Positions 12,300 through 24,740 of a DNA stretch of 64,000 nt are shown here, piece after piece (position 1 is the first letter of the stretch; each line of letters opens with the position of its first letter). Origin of the DNA: Felis catus (Eukaryota); assembly GCF_018350175.1 (NCBI RefSeq), contig NC_058368.1, forward strand, positions 137,890,001 to 137,954,000, written 5' to 3'. The notes under the pieces were generated by a model. That model was not told the origin of the DNA, made no database searches, and was given only the letters and a program-made list of their open reading frames with translations. A program made the translations under genes and the position numbers.

Positions 12300-13100
12300 A
12301 GCTTTATACTCGAGCCCCAGATTTGGACGTGTCACTTGCTTTGTTTGCTTTAGTGAAGCTACACTTTTGTACGCGGCCTGTAGCTCCCGGCTCTTGAAAT
12401 TCCCAGAGCGCGGAAACCCAAGTGTTTCATTTCCCGCGTGGTCCTCCTTTGCGCCCCTCGTCCCCTCCCCCCGGGCGTCCCTCCCAAACGTGCTCCCAGC
12501 TCTCAGCCCCGGCTGGGGAATATCCACTGCCACGCTCTCAAGCTGGCACAAGGGACGAGAAACTATTCTGTGAGGCGGGCTGGGGGCGACGCGGCGATCT
12601 CCCTCTCGTGTGCTCCGCTGGCGTGCAAGCTAAACGCGCGGGGCGCCCGCCCGGCCGGGTAGTGCCCACGTGGGGGAGGGCTGCCCCCTGGCGGCGGCGC
12701 AGCGCCCTGCTGACCGCGCCGCAGGCCCGGATCCCGAGCTGGGAGGCAGCAGGCGTTTTGGGAGTGTGGCTAGTAGGCTCCGGGCCTTCCCTCCCACTGG
12801 CCGTCGGACGGCCAGGGTTTTTGTTTCTTGAGGCCCCACCTCTCCTTCTCGGGAGCGGCCGAGCAGCGGGACCTTCCACTGGGGGGGGGGGGTCGGGGGG
12901 GCTCGGCGCCTTGCACTCGGTCCCCTCACAGAACCTCCTTTGGTGGGTGAAGGCTAGCAGAGACCTGGGGGAGTAAACTCCCCATTTGGGACCTTGGACT
13001 CCAGCTCTCTCTGCCCTAGAGCATCCCAAGAGTTTACCCATGAATGTGTATACGAACGTGTTTCCCAACTCGGTGGACGCTTGGGGCTGCGTCTCTCCTG
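12300..13100. promoter_or_regulatory. CpG island upstream of FOXD1
   Basis: CpG-dense block with E-box CACGTG at 12667-12672 and a CTCF-like motif. Confidence 0.75.
12680..12694 (-). promoter_or_regulatory. Candidate CTCF site
   Basis: Minus strand CCGCCAGGGGGCAGC matches the CTCF core consensus. Confidence 0.55.
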
Positions 13101-13399
13101 GAATCATTCCACAAGTCTGTACTGAGATACCACTTTGCGCCTAGAGCTCTGGTTCTGGAGAGAAAGAATAAAACTGGAGTCCGTGGTGTGAGGGGTCCCG
13201 TGGGGGGGCCAGGTAGATGGGCAATTGCTAACAAAATTGCCCAATGACAAGTGCTTTCTCAGTCCCCCCGCCACAACAGCGGTGCCTGGGAGCCGTTCTT
13301 TAACACTGTCCTTCCCCGTGGCTCTATGCATCTTCCTTTTCTGGAACCTCAAACGTCTTGGAGGCCAAAGGGCACTCTATTCCTCGTTGGTTTTTTTTA

Positions 13400-14200
13400 A
13401 TTGGTTTTTTAAAATTGTTTTCCAGTGTGTGTTAAAATATACATAGCATAAAATTTACCCTTTATTTTTACTTTTTAACTTTTTTTTCTTGTGACTAGGC
13501 TCAGAGCCTTATATGTATTAAGTAATGTATAACATGAATATATACACAAACATCACATCGGTGGCATAGCACAGTAGTAAAAATTTACCACTTTATACAA
13601 TTCAGAGGCATTAAGTCACGTTGAGGCAACAATCATATTATCCATTTCCAGAATTTTTCCATCATCCCAAACTGAAACTCTGTACCCATTAAACACTAAC
13701 TCCAGGGGCGTTTGGGTGGCTCAGTCGGTTAAGCGGCCGACTTCGGCTCAGGTCATGATTTCTCGGTCCATGAGTTCGAGCCCCGAGTCGCGCTCTGTGC
13801 TGACAGCTCGGAGCCTGGAGCCTGTTTCATATTCTGTGTCTCCCTCTCTCTGACCCTCCCCCGTTCATGCTCTGTCTCTCTCTGTCTCAAACATAAATAA
13901 ACGTTAAAAAAATTTTTTTAAACAGGAACTCCATTCCTCCCACCCAAACCCCAGGCCCTGGCAACCATGATTCCACTTTCTCTATGAATTTGAGTATTCT
14001 GGCTGTCTCACAAAATAGAAAAATACAGTGTTTGTCCTTTGTGACTGGCTTATTTCACTTACAGTATCTTCAAAGTTCATCCATGTTGTAGCATGTATCA
14101 AAATGTCATTCCTTTTTAAGGCTGAATAATACTCTTTTCTATATATACACATTTTGCTTATCCATTCATCCGCCAACGGACATTGGGTTATTTTTCTCCT
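13400..14200 (-). mobile_element. Old L1M fragment split by a SINE
   Basis: gtcctttgtgactggcttatttcactt...ccatgttgtagcatgtatca. Confidence 0.65.
13704..13920 (+). mobile_element. Can-SINE
   Basis: tRNA-derived head, CT tract, AATAAA, A tail. Confidence 0.9.
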
Positions 14201-14429
14201 TTTCTGTTCCTTTTCAAACCTCCATGCACCTAGCTCTTTGTAACACCATGCATGCAGTGGGCATTCAGTAAAGGTTTGTCATTTTCCGACACCTTTTTCA
14301 CCCCAGAAATCCTCAAAGGAACCCCATTGTCCTAAGAAAGCACACACATTAGTGAAGTCACAGCAACAGTCTTCCCACACCCTTCTAGATTTGTAACCTC
14401 ACCTTGCTCACGATTTTGAGACTTTCTTT

Positions 14430-14632
14430 CTTTTTTTTAAGATTTCTTTTTTTAAGTTTATTTATTTATTTTAGTGGGGGAGGGGCAGAGAGAGAGGGAG
14501 ATAGAGAATCCCAAGCAGATATTCTGCCACCACAGAGCCCAACGATGAGCTTGAACCCATGAACTGCAAGATCATGACCTGAACTGAAATTAAAAGTCGG
14601 ATGCTTAACCGACTGAGCCACCCAGGCACACC
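14430..14632 (-). mobile_element. Can-SINE
   Basis: Reverse head cttaaccgactgagccacccaggcac. Confidence 0.85.
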
Positions 14633-14746
14633 AACGTTGAGACTTTCAGATTCACACTCTGCACATTATCTTCAATTTTAAAGAGTTTAAAAAAAAAAAA
14701 AGTAAGAGTTAAGACTCCACCAGAATTGTGAATATTTCCCCCTGAT

Positions 14747-14749
14747 GCG

Positions 14750-14790
<41 letters not shown>
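14747..14790. repeat. (GC)n(AC)n microsatellite
   Basis: Direct inspection. Confidence 0.95.
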
Positions 14791-14795
<5 letters not shown>

Positions 14796-15766
14796 GACAC
14801 ACACTTACATTTTATATCCCTTTCCTGCCTTCTTACCTGTCTTAAAACCTTGAAGGCCCCAGATGACCTTGAAATGTTTCTCTGGCTGTCCAGGTCCTTC
14901 CACTTCAGCATTCTCTAGTGGTTTAATATTCCTTCCATGAGGGTTGGTTCATACATGCCACTGAGCTAATGTCAAGGTCACAACAACTGGTGAAGTGGGT
15001 ACCATATGATGGCTGCGGAAACAGCCATGGATAGTTGCCTCTAGTTGTTACAGAGGCCACGAAGGCAGAGTGGAGCCCTCCATCTTCATGTCGCAGTTCC
15101 AGAAGCCTCTCCCAACATAGGACTCCATGGGCCAGACTCTTTGCACCCCCTAAATCTGCTTCTTTGGAGCCAGTTACGTAGTCTGAAAATAAGTTCAAGG
15201 CAAGGTGTTACTGGCTGAGAGTAGTTAGTACCTCTCCTAAGGGTAGGTACATTTTAACAAAAAACATTTGATAAAATGTCATAATCCAGTTTCAAATGGG
15301 GGTCTTCACGCAGTGTAGTTGGAAGTTAGAGTCCTTTGTGAAGAAGATATTTTAGTGGCCGTCTGGGTCTTATTAAGCAGTCTTATGCTTGCACAACAGC
15401 TCCTGAAACAAGCATTTCATGTCCTGAGCAAGATTCAGAAATCCTCAAGAATTCAGAATGTCAGCAAAGGTCTAAATCTGTGTTTTATAACAGCAAAATT
15501 ATTTATACTGACTCAGGAATTTTCATTACCGCAGTTAACCTGGACTAGCCCTCCTGCCCCAACACACACCAGCACAGAGACTTATTTAGCTCTGATCTCA
15601 GTGGCTTGAGGAGGCACGTTTAAATTTTGTATCCCAAAATGAAAAGTTCAGAAGATATTTTTATCAGGAATTTAACTGCAAAATACACACATCTCGATTC
15701 CAGAGAGGACTCCTCCTTTGGGGGGTTACCTTCAATACAACACTCTCAAGAGAACACGTTCATAGC

Positions 15767-15930
15767 ATCACCTGGGTGGCTCAATGGATTAAATGGCTGA
15801 CTTCAGCTGAGGTCCTGATCTCGCGGTTCGCGAGTCCAAACCCTGTGACCAGCTCTGTGCTGACAGCTCAGAGCCTGAAGCCTGCTTTGGTTTCTGTCTC
15901 CCTCTCAAAAATAAATAAACATTTAAAAAA
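15767..15930 (+). mobile_element. Can-SINE (internally shortened)
   Basis: cacctgggtggctca...aaaataaataaac. Confidence 0.8.
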
Positions 15931-17336
15931 AGAGAATATGTTTGTAGCTCTGTAATCTTCTCATGTTTACTTACATTGTTTAATAAGTTAATTTCTTGGA
16001 AATAGACATATTTTTAATTCTAACATAAGAATTAAAAAATAGTATTACCATATCTAGAAAGAATGCATTTATTATTATTTTTTATTTGTAGTTCACCCAG
16101 GGGCTCTCTGTGAAGAGAAATCTCTCTGCTTGGGAAGAATGGGGCTCTTTAAAGTGATTTTAGGGATGCAGCATTGAAAATAAAAAGGATCCTTTATAAA
16201 ACCATCAGAAAACCTTATTGCAATTTTTTGTGTGTTTAAAATACACAGTGACCAACCGTAGCTATCGCACAAACGCGCGTGCACATACACACATGCACGT
16301 GCACACACATACACTCTATTGCTTGGTGTCCAGGCTTAAACCAAGACTGAACTATCATCCCTCTGCTCTACATATGCAAACACACCAAGAGATCTCAATA
16401 TCCACCCTCAGGGGCAACCCTTCACCTGACACCACAGTCTGGCACCAATGTGGCGGTGGGGGGTTAGTTGCCGTGGAATACAAACATAGGCCCCTGTGCA
16501 GAAGGTGGTCTTAAGTTTCCACTAGAGGAACATGTGAGCAAGTTGTCTTTACTAGAAAGCTCTGATTGGCTAACTTTCTAGAGCAGAAAAAACTGAGAAA
16601 GGATCTGAACCCAAAATCTACAGAAGAGTAAAGAAAAATAATGACCACTGGTAATAAAAGACATGCAAATTGGAAAAAGGTGAAAAGCCATTTTCCTCGA
16701 TCAAATTAGCAAAGATCATGAACATGATGGGTGTAATGGTAAGAAGTCAATCATACACTTCCTGTGTAAAGTGTAGTGACACAAAACTTCTAGCAAACAA
16801 TTTGTCAGTTGTATCTTCAGTGCCCATTCTCTCTGTATCATTCATTCTAGGGCTCCATCCTAAGAAAACAACCAGAAATATAAACAAAGATTTATGTACA
16901 AAATTGTTTGTTGTAGTGATTTTTTTTAAGGGAAAAAAATTGGGAACATGCTAAATGCTCAAGAGTTCAACATTTTACTATATATCCTTAAAATGGAATC
17001 ATTTGCAATCATTCAAAATTAGGTCTGTGACTGGAAGTCCTAATCAGAGCAATCAGGCAAGAAAAAGAAATGAAAGGCGTCCAAATTGATAAGGAAGAAG
17101 TAAAACTTTCACTCTTTGCATTTAACATGATACTATATATAGAACCCTCTAAAGACTACCAAAAAAAAAAAAAAGAAAAGAAAAACCCAAACCTACTAGA
17201 ACTAATGCATGAATTCAGGAAAGTTGCAGGATACAAAATTAATATACAGAAATCCATTACATTTGTACACACTAATAATGAAGCAGCAGAAAGAGAAATT
17301 AAGGAAACAATCCCATTTACAATTATACCAAAAATT

Positions 17337-17550
17337 GGGGCACCTGGGTGGCTTAGTCAGTTAAGCATCTGACTCTTGATTTTGGCTCAGGTCACGATCT
17401 TAAGGTCGTAAGATAGAGCCCCATGTGGGGCTCCTCACTGAGGGTGGAGCCTGCTTAACATTCCCTCCCTCTGCCCCTCCCCTGCTTGCACTCTTTCTCT
17501 CTTAAAAACAAAAATTAAATAAATTAAATAAATAAAAATAATTTTTTAAA
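17337..17550 (+). mobile_element. Can-SINE within L1
   Basis: ggggcacctgggtggctt...; TSD-like tttacaatt..caaaaat on both sides. Confidence 0.85.
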
Positions 17551-19130
17551 TTTACAATTGCATCAAAAATAACAAAATACCAAAGGAAAAAAAAAAACTA
17601 CCTAGGAATAAACTTAACTAAGGAAGTGAAAGACCTATAATCCAAAAATGATAAAACATTGATTAAAGAAATTGAAGATGACACAAACAAATAGAAAGAT
17701 AGTCCATGTTCATGGGTTGGAAGAATTAAATGCCCATACTACCCAAAGCCATTTAATGCAATCCCTATCAAAACACCAACATTTTTCACAGAAACTAGAA
17801 CAAGTAATACTAAAATTTGTATGGAACCACCAAAGACCCTGAATAGCCAAAACAATCTTGAGAAAGAAGTACAAAGCTGTAGTAATCAAAACAGTATGGT
17901 GCTGGCAACAAAATAGACACCTAGGTCAATAGAGAACCCAGAAATAAAGCCTTGCTTATATAATTAATTAATCTAAGACAAAAGAGGCTAGGATATACAA
18001 TAGGAGAAAGACATTCTCTTCAACACTTGGTTCTGGGAAAAGTGAACAGAAACTAGACCACTTTCTTACACAGAAATAAACTCAAAATGGATTAAAGACC
18101 ACCAAATGTGAAACCTGAAGCCATAAAACTCCTAGAAGGAAACATGGGTGGTAATTTCTTTGACATCAGCTGGAGAAAGATTTTTCTAGATATGTCTCCA
18201 CAGGCAAAGGAAACAAAAGCAAAATTAAACTACTGGGACTACACAAAAAAAGGTTTTGCACAGTGAAGGAATCCATTAATAAAACAAAAAGGCAACCTAC
18301 TGAATGGGAGAAGACATTTCCAAATGATATATCCAATAGGGGGTTAATATCCAAAATAAATAAAGAACTTATACAAGTGGATATCAGAAAAACACACAAT
18401 TAAAAAATGGGCAGAGGACCTGAATAGACATTTTCCCAAAGAAGACATACAGATGGCCAACATACACATGAAAAGATACTTAACATCTCTCATCATTAGG
18501 AAAATTCAAATTAAAACCACAATGAGATATCACCTTACAACCTTTCAGAATGGCTAGAATCCAAATGACAAGAAACAACAAATGAGGATGATGAGGATGT
18601 GGAGGAAAAGGAACCCTTGTGTACAATTGGTGGGAATGCAATTTGGTGCAGCCGCTGTGGAAAACAGTATGAAAGTTCTTCAAAACATTAAAAATAGAAA
18701 TACTATATTATCCAGTAATTCCGCTACCAGGTATTTACTCAAAGAAAATGAAAACGCTAATTCAAAAAGACATATACACCCTATTTTTATTGCAGCATTA
18801 TTTACAATAGCCAAGATATGGAAGCAACCCAACTATCTATCCATAGATGGGTGGATAAAGGAGATGTGGTATATATGTACAATGGAATAATACTGAACCA
18901 TAAAAAAGAATGAAATCCTGCCATTTGTAACAAGATGGAAGGACCTCGAGCATATAACACTAAGTGAAATAAGTCAGTCAGAGAAAGATAAATACCATAT
19001 GATTTCACTTATACATGGATTTTAAGAAACAAAACACAGATTCAAAAATAGAGAGAATACACTTTGGTTGCCAGAGGGGAGGTGGATGGGAGAATGAGTG
19101 AAAGAGATAAAAGGGATTAAGAGCACATAC

Positions 19131-19597
19131 TTTTCTTTTTCTAATCCAAAATGTGTTTAATGGGGGGTGCCAGGCTGTCTTGGTCTGTGAAGCACGTGAC
19201 CCTTGATCTTGGGGTTGTGAGTTCTAGCCCCACCTTCAGGGTAGAGATTTTACTTAAAAATAAAACTTAAATGTTTTTATTGGGATGGTTTCCCATCATC
19301 TTGATTCTGGGGGTTATTAGTGCTACTTCCGTCTGAAGGAGCATCCTTCTGTAAGTCTTGCTTTTCCTCCTGTAGGCTGGCAATGGAAAGTGGAGCAGCC
19401 AACACACAAAACTACAGTTTGTGCATGGGCTAAAGACAATCGCGATTTTATGAGCATTTCACATCCATGAAGTAGGAATTGGGGCTACGCACCAGGCACT
19501 TCTTCTTCCGCTTCCTCTCCTCCTCTCCTGGGGAGGGGTGGAGGAGGTCCTTGGAGAGAGGCATGTTTTCGTGGGGAAGATGTCCCTTCATGAAAGG
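19131..19597 (-). pseudogene. RPS27: Processed pseudogene of ribosomal protein S27
   Basis: Intronless; 5' pyrimidine start CCTTTC, ATG 19564 [38 protein letters not shown], then frameshifted [33 protein letters not shown]; 3' UTR and A-tail remnant at ~19131-19160. Confidence 0.93.
19162..19271 (+). mobile_element. Short older Can-SINE inside the RPS27 retrocopy 3' UTR
   Basis: cttgatcttggggttgtgagttctagccccac...gtagagattttacttaaaaataaaa. Confidence 0.8.
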
Positions 19598-20067
19598 CAG
19601 AATACACTTATCTTGATGAGCATTGAGTAATGTATAGGATTGTTGAAGTGCACACCTGAAACTAATATAACACTGTTTGTTAATTACACTTCAATAAAAA
19701 CATTAGGTCTGCAAACAATCTTAATAACTTGAAAAGGTCTTAAGACTAATGGTAAAGGAAAAGTTCAGATAGAAAATTACACATAATATCTTACCAATTT
19801 TTAAATATGCTATACATGTAAATAGTGTGACTGGAAGGAAATACAATAAAAGGTCAGTTGGTTATTTCTGAGAGGTGGGATTATGGTGATTTTTATTTTG
19901 GTATTTATATTGCACTTTTCTATTTTTTCCTCATTTTTCACAATGAGCAATCTCCAAATTGCTGAGCTGTGACCTGAGGAGCATAATTAGTGTAAAAGAA
20001 AGACTATAGTCTAAACAGTTTATATCATCTGATGCGTAACTATTGGAACAGACACTAAGAATTTAAA

Positions 20068-20282
20068 ACATTTTTTAATGCTTATTTACCTTTGAGAGAC
20101 AGAGAGAGACAGAGCATGAGTGGGGGAGGGGGAGAGAGAGAGGGAGACACAGAATTCAAAGCAGGTTCCAGGCTCTGAGCTGTCAGCACAGAGCCTGATG
20201 TGGGGCTCGAACACACGAACCGTGAGATCATGACCTGAGCCAAAGTCGGACACCTAACCGAATGAGTCACCCAGGCACCCCC
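20068..20282 (-). mobile_element. Can-SINE
   Basis: TSD agacactaagaattt. Confidence 0.9.
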
Positions 20283-20519
20283 AGACACTAAGAATTTTAA
20301 ATAAACATGATAAATATCTTAAGGAGAAAAGGGAAATTATTAGTAAGATCAAGCAAGAAAGAAAAATAACTTTCGAAAAACCCTAGTGGCAACATTAAGT
20401 ATGAAGAATGCAATAGATGAAATAAAGAACAAACAGATGGAATAAATAGCAGAATGGAGACAGCTGAAGTATGGATTGGGTTTGAAGATCAGTGTGAGGA
20501 AGTCTCCCAAAAGCAGCTG

Positions 20520-21030
20520 GAAAGGACACAATTCTAGCCTGAGGCACTTTGTAATTTTAGCAGGAGAGAGACAGACCATAAGAAATAAACAAAATGAATA
20601 CATGAATTAATGAATGACTTCTCTAGTATGCTAGAAGTTAATAGATGTTGTGGGGAAAACAGTGAACAAAGACTGGAATAATGATACAGTTGGGTATTTA
20701 GGGGAGGAGAATTCCAAGCAGAAGGAACGATTAGGGCAAAGACCCTGAGGCAGGAACATACCTGGTCATATTTAAGGAGTCGCAAGTAGGCCAGAGCAAT
20801 CTAGTGGAGTGAGCAAGGCGGGGGGGGGGGGGGGGGGGGGGGGGAGTGGACCAAAATCATAGAATAGGAAATGAGGTCAAAGGGGTATGGGATGGGAGGA
20901 GGCGATCATGTAGGTAGGCATTATAAAGACTTGGGTTTTTACTCTAAATGAAACAAGGAGCTGTTGACAGAGCAGTCACCTGCTAGAATTCATCCTTAAA
21001 TCCTGTAAAGGATTCATCCGGTTGCTCTGT
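20520..21030. mobile_element. L2 LINE remnant
   Basis: attccaagcagaaggaac...caaagaccctgaggcaggaac; ttttactctaaatgaaa. Confidence 0.6.
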
Positions 21031-21048
21031 TAAGAATATCCTGTATCA

Positions 21049-21487
21049 GGGGGTACCTGGGTGGCTCTGTCAGTTAAGCGTCCCACATCGGGCTCTGTGC
21101 TGACGTCAGCTCAGGTCATGATCTCGCGGTTTGTGAGTTCCAGTCCCATATCAGGCTCTTTGCTGACAGCTCGGAGCCTGGAGCCTGCTTCGGATTCTGT
21201 GTGGCCCCCTCTCTCTCTGCCCCTCCCCTACTTTCTCTCTCCCAAGAATAAACATTAAAAAAAAAAGAATACCCCGTATCAGGGTGCCTGGGTGACTCCA
21301 TCGGCTGAGCGTCCAACTCTTGATTTTGGCTCAGGTCATGATCTCAGGGGTTGTGGGATCAAGCCCCACTTCTGGCTTCACACTGAGCATGAAGCATACT
21401 TGGGATTCCCTCCCTCTCTCCCTCTCCCTCTTTTCCTCTGGTCCTCTCTCTCTCTCTCTCAAAAAAACAAAAAAAAAGAAGAAGAAA

Positions 21488-21551
<64 letters not shown>

Positions 21552-21578
21552 AAAAGGAAAAGAAAAAAAAAGAAAAAG
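21049..21578 (+). mobile_element. Two tandem Can-SINEs (21049-21266, 21282-21578), second with (GAAA)n tail
   Basis: Two heads and three copies of the target site. Confidence 0.88.
21488..21552. repeat. (GAAA)n tetranucleotide STR
   Basis: Direct inspection; derived from a SINE tail. Confidence 0.95.
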
Positions 21579-22219
21579 AAAATCCTGTACCAAGCAAGGG
21601 AAGAAACAGAAAGACACGTTAGGAAGCCATTGCAGCAATGCAGGTGAGACCCAATGGCAGCAGAGCATAAACCAGGTGGGTAGCAGCAGAGAGGTGGTGA
21701 GAAGTATCTCGATTCTGGACGTATTCTGAAGATGGCGCCTACATGACGTCCTGACATATTGATTACAACCTGTATGCAGATGTTAAGGATAATCCCCATT
21801 TGGTCCTTTTGCGGCATTTTTTATATCGCTCCATCTTAGCTTTTTTTTTTTTTTAATTCTTTTACCTTCTGTCATCACCTAAATGTTGGCGTTCTCCAAG
21901 ACTGTGTCTACAACTCTACCCCATTCGATCTTCTATGCCTTGGTGAGACCATCTACCCTCATGGCATTATCTGTTGCTATCATCAAGTCATTTGAAAATT
22001 CCTATCCCCTTCCTGGTCTTCTCATGTTCTGCCGGGTCTTGCTTCTAGCTGTCTGCTGGACATGTCTACCTGAACTGTGGGCTGGGAACTCAAATGTTCT
22101 TTTCTGACTCTGGAACCCCCTACTCCTATGTATGCCCAATCACTTCTTTGTTAAGCATCTTGCCATTCTGCCAGCAAGAACGGGTCAAGACATCCAGTTA
22201 CCATGGACTCCTTCCTCAC

Positions 22220-22438
22220 TTTTTTTTTTTTAACATTTATTTATTTTTGAGAGAGAGAGAGAGAGCACGCACATGAGTGGAGGAGGGACAGAGAGAGAGA
22301 GGGACACACAGAATCCAAAGCAGGCTCCAGGCTCTGAGCTGTCAGCACAGATATGGGGGCTCAAACTCATGAACCATGAGATCATGACCTGAGCCAAAGT
22401 GCGATGCTTAACCACCGAATGAGCCACCCAGGCGCCCC
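22220..22438 (-). mobile_element. Can-SINE
   Basis: gagccacccaggcgcccc reverse head. Confidence 0.88.
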
Positions 22439-22794
22439 TCCTTCGTCACTTCTTAATGTCCGCTTTGCTACCAAGTCCTTTCAGTTTTACCTGCTACAAG
22501 GCCTGGCTCAAATGCCACATTCTCAGTGGAACTGGACTCAATTTCAATGTTTTAAAGTAGTTCCTCCTCGCACTTTTATAGTTTTAGGCTTTACATTTAG
22601 GTCAGTGTGATCCATGTGGCGTAAATGGTTGTACGTGGCATGCAATTAGAGGCTTATTTCTATTTTGTTTTGTTTACGTATGTATCTCCAATTGTCCCAG
22701 CACTGTTTGTTGACAGGGTATGTACTGAATTTCTTTAGAATATCTGGTGAGAAAGTATAATGGTACAACTACTTTGAAAAACAATTTGGCAGGA

Positions 22795-23470
22795 TCTTTA
22801 AATGGAATATTACTTGGCAATCAAAAAGGATGACATCTTGCCATTTGCAACAACGTGGATGGAACTATAGGGTATTATGCTAAGTGAAATAAGCCAGTCA
22901 GAGAAAGACAAATATTCTATGATTTCACTCACTTGTGGAATTTAAGAAACACAACAGATGGACACAGGGGAAGGGAAGGAAAAACAAAATAAGATAAAAA
23001 CGGAGAGAGAGGCAAACCATAAGAGACTCTTAAATACAGAGAACAAACTGAGGGTTGCTCGAGAGGAAGTGAGTGAGGGGAGGTGGCTAAATGGGGGATG
23101 GGCATTAAGAAGGGCACTTGTTGGGGCGCCTGGGTGGCGCAGTCGGTTAAGCGTCCTACTTCAGCCAGGTCACAATCTCGCGGTCCGTGAGTTCGAGCCC
23201 CGCGTCAGGCTCTGGACTGATGGCTCAGAGCCTGGAGCCTGTTTCCGATTCTGTGTCTCCCTCTCTCTCTGCCCCTCCCCCATTCATGCTCTGTCTCTCT
23301 CTGTCCCAAAAATAAATAAACGTTGAAAAAAAAAAATTAAAAAAAAAAAAAAAAAAAAGAAGGGCACTTGTTGGGATGCACACTGGGTGTTATATGTAAG
23401 TGACGAATCACTGGGTTCTACCCCTGAAACCAGTACAACACAGTATGTTAACTAACTTGAATTTAAATAA
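22795..23470 (+). mobile_element. LINE-1 3' end (carnivore type), with SINE insertion
   Basis: ccatttgcaacaacgtggatggaactatagggtattatgctaagtgaaataagccagtcagagaaagac. Confidence 0.8.
23123..23358 (+). mobile_element. Young felid Can-SINE
   Basis: CpGs intact, long A tail, perfect TSD aagaagggcacttgtt. Confidence 0.93.
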
Positions 23471-23473
23471 ATA

Positions 23474-23692
23474 ATTTTTTTTTAATTTTTTTTCAACGTT
23501 TATTTTTGGGACAGAGAGAGACAGAGCCTGAACGGGCGAGGGGCAGAGAGAGAGGGAGACACAGAATCGGAAACAGGCTCCAGGCTCCGAGCCATCAGCC
23601 CAGAGCCCGACGCGGGGCTCGAACTCACGGACCGCGAGATCGTGACCTGGCTGAAGTCGGACGCTCAACCGACTGCGCCACCCAGGCACCCC
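23474..23692 (-). mobile_element. Young felid Can-SINE
   Basis: TSD aataaataatttttt. Confidence 0.93.
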
Positions 23693-23709
23693 AATAAATA
23701 ATTTTTTTA

Positions 23710-24230
23710 AGTCAAATGTACACCTGCTACATGACCCAATGATTCCACTTCTAGCTATGTACCCAAGAGAAACAAAAGTATACAGCTATTTAAAGACTTG
23801 TATATGAATGTTCCCAACAGCTTTATCAGCAATAGCCCAAAACTGAATGCCCATCACCAGGTAAATGAAAAAACAAACTGTGGCACATCTATACAGTGGA
23901 ATACTACTCATCAATAAAAAGGAATGAACTAACGATACATGCAACAACATGGATGCATTTCCAAATCATTACGACAAATGAAGGCAGCCAGACAAAAATG
24001 AATTACATTCTGTATGACTCCATGTACACGAAACTCTAAAAAAAATGCAAACAAATCTAGAGTGACATAAAGCATATCAGCGGCTGCCTAGAGATGGTGG
24101 GGGGAATGGAAGCAGGGATTACACAGGGACACAAGGAAAATCTGGGAGTAATGGATATGTTCACTGTCTTGACTGTGGTGATAATTTCACTGATGTATAC
24201 ATGTCAAAATGTGCCAAATTGTGCCTTTTA
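23710..24230 (+). mobile_element. Old L1M (L1MC-like) 3' fragment
   Basis: atacagtggaatactactcatcaataaaaaggaatgaac...tcttgactgtggtgataattt. Confidence 0.65.
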
Positions 24231-24278
24231 AATTCATCTCTTCTGAATCTTTTTTTTTTTTTAATTTTTATTTATGTA

Positions 24279-24438
24279 GGGGCACTTGGGTGGCTCAGCT
24301 GGTTAAGCATCTGACTCTTAATTTTGGCTCAGGTCATGATCTCACAGTTCATGGGTTCAAGCCCCATATCAGGCTCTGCACTGACAGTGTGGAGCCTGCT
24401 TGGGACACTGTCTCGCTCTCCTCTCTCTGCCCCTCTTG

Positions 24439-24480
<42 letters not shown>

Positions 24481-24740
24481 CTAAATAAACTTACAAAAAA
24501 TAAAATAAATGTTTATTTTTGAGAGCACGTGAGCATGCATGCACAAGTGAGCAAGGAGGGGCAGAGAGAGAAGGAAAAAGAGAGAATCCCAAGCAGAAAG
24601 AGAGGGAGAGACAATGCCAAGCAGGCTCCACACTGTCAGTGTAGAGCCTGATGCAGGGCATGAACCCATGCGCCGTGAGATCGTGACCTGAGCCAAAATC
24701 AAGAGTCAGATGCATAACTGACTAAGCCACCCAGGTGCCC
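24279..24740. mobile_element. Tail-to-tail Can-SINE pair (+ 24279-24505, - 24508-24740)
   Basis: Heads at both outer ends. Confidence 0.88.

Larger units (their letters stand above)
17031..19700 (+). mobile_element. 5'-truncated carnivore LINE-1 (ORF2 3' part + 3' UTR), interrupted by SINEs and the RPS27 retrocopy
   Basis: ORF2-like [29 protein letters not shown]; flanked by a TSD-like aaaattaggtctg / aaacattaggtctg. Confidence 0.9.

Noticed and set aside
12282..13107. Overlapping 180-190-aa ORFs in the upstream CpG island
   Set aside because: No recognisable domain; long open frames are expected in GC-rich DNA.
17031..19700. Active LINE-1 reverse transcriptase
   Set aside because: 5'-truncated with many stops, frameshifts and insertions.
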